In this document: positions 54,538-64,000 of the stretch, one piece after another | How positions within the stretch are numbered: the stretch's first letter is position 1 | Layout: each line of letters starts with the position of its first letter | Source of the DNA: Neoconidiobolus thromboides FSU 785 | Taxonomy: Eukaryota; Fungi; Entomophthoromycota | Direction: 5' to 3' | Length of the DNA stretch: 64,000 nt | Assembly (NCBI GenBank): GCA_025603075.1 | Contig: MU626308.1 | Span: 54,202-118,201, forward strand | Program-made: the position numbers and the translations under genes | The notes under the pieces: model-generated | The model's database searches: none | What the model was told of the DNA's origin: nothing | Seen by the model: only the letters and a program-made list of their open reading frames with translations

Positions 54538-54642
54538 TATGGGAGTGTTTTTTTCGACTTCATTATTTTTTCCATTTTTTAAGCGCTATTTAAGTGGAAA
54601 ATTTGTTAGTAAAAATCTTGAATACAAAAATACATCTCCATA
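54538..54642 (-). mobile_element. MITE-like element, copy H
   Basis: TA-TGGGAGTGTTTTTTTCG...AAAAATACATCTCCA-TA; very similar to copy G. Confidence 0.9.
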
Positions 54643-56674
54643 TGATCTTATTTAACCGCTTACCTATATCATTTCTCATTCGTTCTATTTTCGAACATTT
54701 TAATTACTAATCTTAATATCATTTTTTACCTTTTAAATATGTATTCATAGGTGATAAAACTTTATGACTGTCATAGAGATATCCCACCCAATAACTTTAA
54801 CATTAGGGTATTTCCTACCTGAAACTATAATATGTGAGTGACCAGGGAGTCATTGCTTTTAAAAGTGAAATAATTTATAATAGTATGTTTTTTGGTATTT
54901 GTATAGAATGAATTGATATATAGAACATCAAAGCTTAAGATGAGAGTTATACTTAAATGAAATGTATAGTAATATGCTTCATAACTGCTCTTATTATAAT
55001 AAAACTCTAATTTATAGCATGTTATTTACTGATATTTATTAAATTTTTGTACTATTATAAATTAACATAGATTTTATTCAAATCATATTTTCAACTAATT
55101 CATATTTCAATAATATTAAAATATTTCAGGGATAGAAAGCTTAAAAGTTATAACGTTTAATAGATTTTAATAAATAAATCAATTCATTAAAATAATTAAG
55201 TTAATTTTCATCATTTAAAACTTCATTTTTCAATAATGTTAATGTTTTATTTTACTTAATATAGTCGGAGGACAATAGTTCTTAATAACATATATTGTGT
55301 TATAAAAGATAGTAGTTACAATTATAGAACGGTATACATCTAAAACACAAGGAAGTTTTCTATTAATCTATCAATCCATCAATTTACCTCAATTTTTGTT
55401 TTTTTAAGCACAATGGGAATGATGCATTGTGGTAAATAAATTTATCCAATAATTAATGAGTTTTAGACTTCAAAGCTGTTGTCTATTTTAATTTTAGAAA
55501 GTAATAGGGAGGCTTTAATTTTAAGTTCATATTTGAAGTTAATAATCCTTGCTTCTTTCTCACAATCTATTTTATTATTAATTATTTTGAATCATAATGA
55601 CGATTTAAATTTATTGAGTTTATTTGACTTTAAAATTATTTTATTAAAATATTATTTTATCATGGAATATAAGAAAGATATTAATCTTTATAATAAAAAC
55701 AATCGCTTAAACAATTCTAGAAGAAATCAACGTGATTTGTCAAAAATGGAAACTGAAGTTTGAAAGCTCAAAAAGAATTCATTATACAAATTAATTAGGT
55801 GTGGCTTCTTTTATAGAATAGAAATGTTATTAGTTATATTATAAATCTAATCTATTAAATAAAGTCATTAATCTTCATTATAAATCACAATAAAATATTC
55901 TATTATATTTGTATTATTTGTATATTAATTCAAAGCAAAATAAAATGTGGAGTTAAAAGCACAAGTAACTAAACTTTATTTCCGAAGTTTAAAAATCAAC
56001 TTTCATTTAACTTTATAAGCCAAATTTCTTTAAAATTCGATTAAAATCCATTTGATTGGTGGATCATTCTACTTTTCAAGGCTTTCATTGTTTGAAATAA
56101 TTAACCCCTAGTTTTCAGCTATTTTGATGACATTAATTGTTCCGAATTCGTATCATAAATTAATAGTCACAAGTAATCTTGAATTCATTTATGAATTTCA
56201 ATGATAAGGAAAGGAAGTGTTTATTCTTAAAGTTGGCTAAAAATTGATCCAGTTTTTGCTTAGGTTTCAAATCTAACTTTCTTTTAAAGCCTTATTGGTT
56301 GTAACTGACACCCAATTCTAATTAGCTACCAATCAATTGAATTTTATCTTTTAGCACACTCTAATTTTAGTAATATCAACTGATTTGATTTTAAAATCAA
56401 TTGAACATTTAACTTCATATAAAATACCAATTATTGCCAACTTGGAATTTATTTTTTTGAAATTATATTTCCTTTTAAACGTCTTTGTCAATCCCTATTT
56501 TAACCATTTGAGATTTATTTCATTTCGTTCTTTTAGTCTTCATTTTGATTAATAGAAGCATTTAATTATCATTCTTACATTATTAGATGTTCTATTGCAT
56601 ATATCACATCTATTTCCATTAAATTGATTTCAACTAAAGTTTTATACTTACTTCATTTAAAATAACAATTAAAC

Positions 56675-58097
56675 ATGTCCACTATAGATTTAACTTCAGA
56701 TCAACTTGATGCTGCTTGGGATACATTTAATACAATCATCTCTGGAGATGAAGAAGCAATCCAATTGGACCTCAATTTCAATGCTTGGAATTTAAATACG
56801 GGGGATTTGTGTGGCACTGTTTTAGCAATATTCGAAAAATTAGAGCTTATAAATTATATTGGATCAACGAAAGAAGAAATATTAGCATTTATTGCAGATG
56901 TTGAAAAAGGTTATTTTTGTAACCCTTATCACTCTTTTTTACATGCAGTAGACGTCTGTGCAATGTTATACTATTTCTTGGTCGACTTAAACATCAAAAA
57001 TTATTTAGATCAACCTAGTGTTCTAGCTCTGATTATAGCTGGACTCTGTCACGATATTGGCCACGTAAGTTTGTATATTATATAGTTATATATATATTAA
57101 CCTTTTATAGCCTGGGCTTAATAATCTTTATCAAATTAATGCTCGTACTGAACTTGCATTGGCTTTTGAAGACATATCGGTTTTAGAAAATCATTCATGT
57201 TGCCTTACTGGGAATTTATTAGCTAAACATCAATTATTAAGAAAAGGAAATTCAAAATGTCCACTATCAGTTAACAATTTAGAAGATATGATTGTAGAAA
57301 ATATATTGTCAACCGATATGGCACATCATTTTACACTTTTGGAAGATTTGTCTCATATTCTTGATGAATGGCCTTCATCCCCTGCTCGTTCTACTATAGA
57401 TGCAAATTGTAAACCAGAGTCCAACAACGAATTAAATATAGAAGAATTTAGGCGTAAGCTTTGTGAACTTTTGTTACATGCAGCAGATATAAGTAATGCA
57501 GTTCGACCCTGGTCCTTATGTAAATCTTGGTCTGATATGGTTGTACAAGAATTTTTTCATCAAGGTGATTTAGAAAAAAGGAATAGTTTACCAATATCAT
57601 GTAATATGGATCGTAATGTTTCAAGTCAACCTCAAATTGCTTTAGACTTTGATGAATTCATTGTTAGACCCTTCTTTGAAATTTTAGCCCGCCTTCTACC
57701 ACCTTGCGTTGTATTTTTAGATAATTTAGAAGCTAATAGATTCCGTTGGTCTGAAGTTAAAAAACAAAGACCACATCGCCGACAAGATACCGCATCAGAC
57801 AATTCACCTTATTCATCAAGACGTGTCAGCTTTTCGGCTGGTACTGTAGAAATACCCGAGTTTTATTGTGAAGAGCTTAGGCGCTATTCAGGTGACTTTA
57901 TACGAACTTCTAAACCTCGTCGGTCACTATCAAGACCGGGAAGTCAAACTCGATACAAGCAGAAAAGGGAGGGGTGTCCGCCAGACAAAATGAATGTACT
58001 AAACTCCATTCTACAACACTCCCTTTCCCGTATTCCTAGCAATGATTCACTTAATGGTGCTATGGCTTTTGATGCATCCGCACCCACAGTGTCTTAA
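56675..58097 (+). CDS. Class I 3',5'-cyclic nucleotide phosphodiesterase (HD domain), 2 exons
   Basis: NPYHSFLHAVDV, GLCHDIGH|PGLNN, LENHS, LSTDMAHH, LLHAADISN, VQEFFHQGDLEK; intron ~57066-57110. Confidence 0.93.
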
Positions 58098-58697
58098 CTT
58101 ATGTGTATATTTTATAACTTATTTTGATTATTTGGTGGTATGCAATTATCCTTGGTAAAAATGGGCTCGATTGAAATTAGAGCTTGTAAAAAAACTTGCT
58201 TTTTTATATATTTATATTACTTGTAACTACTTTTTTCTACAAGTTAAATAAAACATTTTATCTCAATTTTTTATTTTGAATATTTTGATTTTTAGTATTT
58301 TAACACTTAAACTATTACTAAAGTTATATAATTAATAAAATATAATATAAGATGTTGATTATTTAACATGATCAATTAAAGTTAATTTTAACTAATAAGT
58401 GAAATATTTGAATTCCTCATTTATACTTGATATATGAAATAATATCAACACACATATACAAAGCAACTAACAATAGAAAACGCTGGTAAAGTAGCTGGTC
58501 CCAAAAATTAATAAAATTTCACCCATTTTATTGGGTTTAGTCACTATAAATTCCAATTCATTTGTTAAAACTCAAGTATGATTTCATTTTTAGTATTTCA
58601 TTGGATAGCTAAAAGCTAACTTCCAACCTACCATATTACGTCAAGCTGAATGCTGTGGCTCCAAACACTCTTTTTTAAATATTAAGAAACGATCAAA

Positions 58698-59984
58698 ATG
58701 GCAACGAGTAATCGATTAGCTATATTCCCAACTCGAATGTAAGCTCTATGATTTAGAAATAAACTATTTCCAAAAGTAATTTCTTACTAGGGCATTAACC
58801 ACAATGAAGCTTAAATTGAAAGGAGCTCAAACGGGGCATAGTCTTTTAAAGAGAAAAAGTGAAGCTTTAACTAAAAGATTTCGTGATATCGTTACCAAGA
58901 TTGAAACGGTAATTAAAATAGATTTTGAATGGAGTAGACGACTAATTAATAATTTTTAAAAAAAGGCAAAGAAACAAATGGGTAGATTAATGCAAAATGC
59001 TTCTTTTTCTTTAGCGGAAGTAGTATATGCGGCTGGGGATATAAGGTAAGATTTATTGCAAATAAGTAAAAAAATCCTTTATAATCCGTTTTTAGTTATC
59101 AGGTTAGAGAAAATGTTAAAAGTGCTCAGTTTCGAGTACGTACTAATCAAGAGAATGTTTCTGGTGTGATGCTTCCAACTTTTGAAGCTTACCATGAAGG
59201 CAATGATGGTAACCTATAATCAATACCTTGATTCTGTTTTTAAGTAACATATATTAATGCTAATAATTTATTCAGTTTTTGAACTTGCTGGTCTTGGAAG
59301 AGGTGGACAAAAGATTCAAAGGTGTAAGGACACTTATGTAAAAGCAGTAGAAACTTTAGTTGAACTCGCTTCCCTTCAGGTAGATTTGATTATCAAACTA
59401 AAATACATGACTAATTGTTTTATAAAGACTGCTTTTGTAATTTTAGATGAAGTAATCAAGTTAACTAATCGTAGAGTAAATGCGATTGAACATGTCATTA
59501 TTCCACGTATTGAAAACACAATTAGTTATATTATATCTGAGTTAGATGAACAAGATCGTGAAGAATTTTTCAGGTATTAAAGCACTGATTAAATTTTATA
59601 TAAAATATAACCATTTTTAGATTAAAGAAAGTTCAAGGTAAAAAGAAGAGAGACAAAGATATTGAAGCTGAAGAACTTAGAGTATTAAAAGCTAATCAAG
59701 CACTAGCAAAAGCTAATTCAAATAATGTTGCTAAAGCTACAGTGGAGTCAATTCCTATATCTCAATCTGGTGAAGAAAGTAAAGAGAATGAAGAAAACCA
59801 TGGAGATATAAAAGAAGAAAATAAAGACGTTGAAGGAGAGGGCGAAGAAGAAGTTAAAGAAGTCAAGGACGAAACTAAGGAAGAAGAAGACAATAAAGAA
59901 TCTCAACTTATTGATAATGGACTTATTGAAGATACACCAACTAATTTACTTGATGATGATAAAGATGAGGATGTGATTTTTTAA
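58698..59984 (+). CDS. VMA8: V-type ATPase V1 subunit D, multi-exon
   Basis: RLAIFPTRM|[26 protein letters not shown]; [10 protein letters not shown]; [37 protein letters not shown]. Confidence 0.96.
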
Positions 59985-60793
59985 ACATAATTGAATTAAA
60001 TGTTAAAGAATTATACTTTGATATATTTTTGTCTATCAACCCTTATTCTAATACATAATTCATTTATTTTGTTTTGAATAAATTAAATGTTCCATTTATT
60101 AATGGTCTATCTTGTTTTTTCCAGCTAAAAATTTTAATTTCAGTAGTATTCAAAAATCAAACTATTATTACCTTAATCTATGAATAATATTATATAATAT
60201 ATTGTATTAGATAATTTTTTAACAATTTTAAATGCCTACTAATTGAGGATCTAATATAAACTTTAAGTTTAGACTTAAATTATGATAACATAAAAAAGAT
60301 AAATAAAAACAAATACAGATAAAGTTTAAAACTATAATACTGTTTTTCTGTAAAGACCTTTATTTGGTTTTATAATTTCATAGTAACTCATAAATGCTGA
60401 AGCTCGCTTTTCTATAATATGAATATAGATATCATTTCAAACTAACATTAGTTATAATATTCACTAAACATGTTATTAAATGATCAACATCTTCGTTTAA
60501 ACCGCTATATTTACTAATGGTCTCTATATTAATGAAGCTTTCGAATCCTTGTATTGGTTTTGATAAATCCAATTCTTTGATATTCATATTTCATTGTCTC
60601 AAAAATAAATCCATAAATCTTAATTATTATTTTCCATTATATTTAATCTTATACTATAATTGACGCTAAAAACTATATTAAAAAAAATTAAACATGTTTA
60701 GTTACCTAACTAACTCTTTTAATAATTTAATTTTATATTAGTATTGGGCAACAGGTTGCTTTTATTACATCAAATAAATTTTGAGAAACAACT

Positions 60794-61402
60794 TTAATTT
60801 TTCTTAGTTCCACGGAACTTCTTATCACGGTTCTTACGTTCTTTACGTTGTTTACGACCAGTCTTTGGATTTTCAGCGATGTTTTTCTATAAAAATATTC
60901 AGTTTCAAACTAGTAATTTTAAATTGTAAAATATAGTTACACGAGCTAAACGGAATTTAGGTTCGAATTTCTTAGCTGATTCTAAAGAGTCATAAACAAG
61001 GGCGAATCCAGTAGAACGACCTCCACCGAAGACAGTTTTGAATCCAAAAGTGAATACGTTTTGGGCATCAGTCTTGAATACTTTACCAAGTTTTTCATTT
61101 AATTCGCCCTTGGCTACATTGGCACGATTTGGATGGATAACATCAACAACCTTGACTTTGCTTAAAAATTGTCCTCTCTTATATATAGATTTAGCTTACC
61201 ATTTGCTTACGTTGAAGAAGAGGGTTGGAGATGAACTTACGAGTTCTAATGGTTACACTACTATCAGCCTAATGGGTTAAGATTAACATTTGATCTCATA
61301 TTTTTCTTTTCTTTTAATCCATTTCTTCTCACTTTATTAATTTGTTTTTTTACATCCATCTTAAAATCCATTTTTATACTAGGTTATTAAGCTACATACC
61401 AT
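60794..61402 (-). CDS. RPS24: 40S ribosomal protein S24 (eS24); first exon is the ATG only
   Basis: ATG|GTATGT intron; [22 protein letters not shown]|[12 protein letters not shown]...[15 protein letters not shown]...[20 protein letters not shown]-stop. Confidence 0.95.
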
Positions 61403-61832
61403 AATTTAGTTGTTTTGCTATGATCGTTGACCGAAAAACCGAAGGTATTAAAACAGAGAGAGAGCATAATTAGGCCTTAATTTTAACATTATAGAAAACT
61501 TTAGCTTATTTGTTGCACTTTTACTTTGTTTTTTTAGTCAATTAAAGGTTAGTATTTCGATATTTTATTGGCTATTATTTAATTTGGTATTTTTTAAACT
61601 ATATTATTGTATATTATTGTATGGCATTTCGTATATCATTAATAAATAATTTATAGGTAAATTTATAGTTGTATTCGTAAGATCATTCTATTTAATACTT
61701 TTTTAAAGTAGTTATGATGTACTGTTATCAATTTATAATGGTTTATGTTAAATGAGACAAAATTTTAAAATAAAATTTCAGAACATTTATTCTACCGAAA
61801 TGAATTTAAAAATTTCATCAAGTATTAACTAA

Positions 61833-61934
61833 TAACGGAGATGTATTTTTGTCCTTAAGTTTACTAACAATTTTTCTACTCAAATATTGCTCAAAAGATG
61901 GAAAAAATGATGAAGCCAAAAAAACTTCACCATA
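61833..61934 (+). mobile_element. MITE-like element, copy I (left end eroded)
   Basis: GGAGATGTATTTTTGTCC...GATGGAAAAAATGATGAAGCCAAAAAAACTTCACCA-TA. Confidence 0.82.
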
Positions 61935-62037
61935 TGGGGATATATTTTTTTGTTTAAGAATTTTACTAACAAGTTTTCCACTCAAATAGCGCTTAAAAGA
62001 TGGAAAGAATAATGAAGCCGAAAAAAACACTCCCATA
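61933..62037 (+). mobile_element. MITE-like element, copy J (head-to-tail with copy I)
   Basis: TA-TGGGGATATATTTTTT...GAAAAAAACACTCCCA-TA; shares its left TA with copy I. Confidence 0.9.
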
Positions 62038-63269
62038 TATTGTATAATATTGCTAATATTAAGATATAGTTTTTGATGAACTTTCAAGTTAAACTTAGCT
62101 AACGTATCTTTCTTTTATTTCTTTTATATAAATTATTTAATAAATTGAAGTAGTGTAATTACACTAAAATATAACTTCAAATAGAATATCAATAAAATTA
62201 TTTTAAAAATATAATTGGATTAACAAATATATGTTTCAAAACTATAAATTATGTAATGACTAAGATTTCGATATAAAAGCTAATAATAAATATTGAATTA
62301 AATAATTAGTCCTTCCAATAGTGTAGGTCGATAGTAACATTTTGTTATTATATTTATAGCATTATTCAGAAGGATCTATCCCATATATTTTTGGATAAGT
62401 TCTTATTTTTACAAGTTGATTTCATTTTTCAAAGAAACAAAAATTTTCTGATTGGTTCAAAAATTCGTTTAATTTTGCAAGGTATATAAAAACACAAAAA
62501 AAAATCTATTGAGGTTCGTTAGCTTTCCTTTATAATGTAAGTAATTAACCAGTTATTTGAGAAATAAAAATACAATGATGACACCCTAGTTTATCCATTC
62601 TATGAACTAAGAGCAATCTTTATAGTTGCAATTATTAAGTGTAGTACTATATTTCATACTTGGTTCAGACTAGGTTTTCTGGTTTGTTTTTTAAGATAGG
62701 AACTAAGTACATGACTTTCTAGTTGGGTCATTAACAATTTATTGTTTTCGGCTCCGTCAACTTATGATCAACATTCTACCTCTGATTTATCTTATTTATA
62801 TCTCTAATTTAAGAGTGAACAGCTATTTATATTTTTATTTTTAGGTATCCGATCATTAGTTTAGTTTAGTAGAAGTTATATTCTCATTAATAAATGTTTT
62901 TATTTTAATATCTCTTTTTGTTACTATCTTTTATCTTGAACTTCAAGTGTTAAAGCATATTTACATTTGGATTTTATAATCAAATTTTTATGCCTCATAG
63001 TTTAGTAAATAATAGGAATAAACATGAAATTGTTTATTGAATTGAATCTACACCGTTTTAGTTGTCTTTAATAATTAGTTTTGCCAATCTATCATATAAG
63101 CTATAAGTTGAAAAGCTTAGTTAAAGCTAAAAGATAAAACTTTCCTGTTTTAGTTTGAATTTGTAAAATTTATATATTGGGGTTGCTTTACTTCCTTCAT
63201 TATTTGTTCATTTCTGCTACCTGACGCAAATTTGAGAAAAATCATAGTTTAAGCAATAGAACAAAACAT

Positions 63270-63370
63270 TATGAGAATGTATTTTTTGTGTTAAAGAATT
63301 TTACTAACAATTTTTCCATTGAAATAGTGCTTAAAAAATCGAGTGACAAAGCCAAAAAAACATCTACATA
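63270..63370 (+). mobile_element. MITE-like element, copy K (diverged)
   Basis: TA-TGAGAATGTATTTTTTGTGTTAAAGAATTTTACTAACAATTTTTCCATTGAAATAGTGCTT...AAAAAAACATCTACA-TA. Confidence 0.8.
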
Positions 63371-63640
63371 TGTGAATAAGTTAAAAAATTATTTCACAGT
63401 ATTTGGGATCAAATGTTGTACCTAGATTGACCTAAGTGTTTAAATTATAAATAGCAGAACTTTAGTTTATAAAATATACGAAATGCAAGGTTGCTTTTAT
63501 TTAATAAGCATGTTTTATTTTAAATTTAGTATAAATATTTTAAATTAAATTATTTTAATAATCAAAATACAACTTAAAAATCAGTCTAACATATTTAAAA
63601 TGGATCCTTTTTTCTGCTATTTTAAGCTATAGCTTAATAT

Positions 63641-63970
63641 CTATTTTAAATAAAAATAGTTAACCATATTTCCACTTTGGTGTTCCTCGCCTAAAACTTT
63701 ACCCCCAATTAATTTAGCTACTCGTTGGCCTCCTTCCCATGCCAAATTATGAATATAGTTGATAATATTATCCTGTCCATATTTCTCGATAAAATCTAAA
63801 GAAACATCTGTTGCTAACCAACATGAAAAATCAATAGTACCTGGCCACTGAAAAGTAGTTTGAAAATTATTTGACCCATAACCAACTGCAATAACTGTGG
63901 GATGAATAATGGACTGATACTCTTTTCTAACGTACAATACAGAGGTAGAACGATAAGCGTAGCCCCATTC
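63641..63970 (-). CDS. Partial PLP-dependent class V aminotransferase/C-S lyase (Egt2 / isopenicillin N epimerase-like); 5' part lies outside the window
   Basis: WGYAYRSTSVLYVRKEYQSIIHPTVIAVGY...FQWPGTIDFSCWL matches the segment after the PLP-Lys (HKW) of this family. Confidence 0.75.
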   Translation of the reverse strand, partial: EWGYAYRSTSVLYVRKEYQSIIHPTVIAVGYGSNNFQTTFQWPGTIDFSCWLATDVSLDFIEKYGQDNIINYIHNLAWEGGQRVAKLIGGKVLGEEHQSGNMVNYFYLK

Positions 63971-64000
63971 ATATAATATAGTCGTAAAAAGATTAACTTT

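Noticed and set aside
54138-54642. Repeat-spacer-repeat layout suggestive of a CRISPR array
   Set aside because: Units are ~100 bp with TIRs and TA flanks, dispersed in both orientations across the window; eukaryotic context and no cas genes
36333-54816. Shared AACATTAGGGTAT 13-mer containing TTAGGG at ~36333 and ~54803
   Set aside because: Single non-tandem unit with no flanking similarity; compatible with chance
55479-55763. 94-aa ORF with a non-ATG start
   Set aside because: AT-biased composition, no recognisable motif and no splice-compatible neighbours
61270-61399. Longer-than-usual first intron of RPS24 as a snoRNA host
   Set aside because: No convincing C/D (RTGATGA...CTGA) or H/ACA structure seen
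61818-62087. 89-aa minus-strand ORF containing an internal repeat
   Set aside because: It is the translation of MITE copies I and J, which explains the repeated peptide; not a gene

Overview
This is a gene-dense, strongly AT-rich eukaryotic nuclear window with many short (about 40-70 nt) GT-AG introns. The gene set is fungal: DASH subunit Dad3, an LRR-PP2C-cyclase adenylate cyclase, an SPX-SLC13 phosphate transporter, HIS1 and ACR3. Composition and the secreted trypsin suggest an early-diverging fungus, possibly Entomophthoromycotina/Conidiobolus-like; that is inference only. I support about 28 protein-coding genes (exon structures read by eye, so spans are approximate) and one tRNA-Leu(AAG). 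An unannotated ~100-bp TA-flanked inverted-repeat element (MITE-like) occurs 11 times in intergenic DNA. The strongest leads are: (1) that MITE family, with a head-to-tail dimer sharing one TA and a CpG-decay signature; (2) an adenylate cyclase lacking the first metal-binding Asp, ~10 kb from a class I phosphodiesterase lacking the invariant purine-selecting Gln; (3) a TCTEX1D2-type (normally ciliary) dynein light chain split by a ~130-aa acidic insert. No CRISPR array, autonomous transposon or rRNA was seen.
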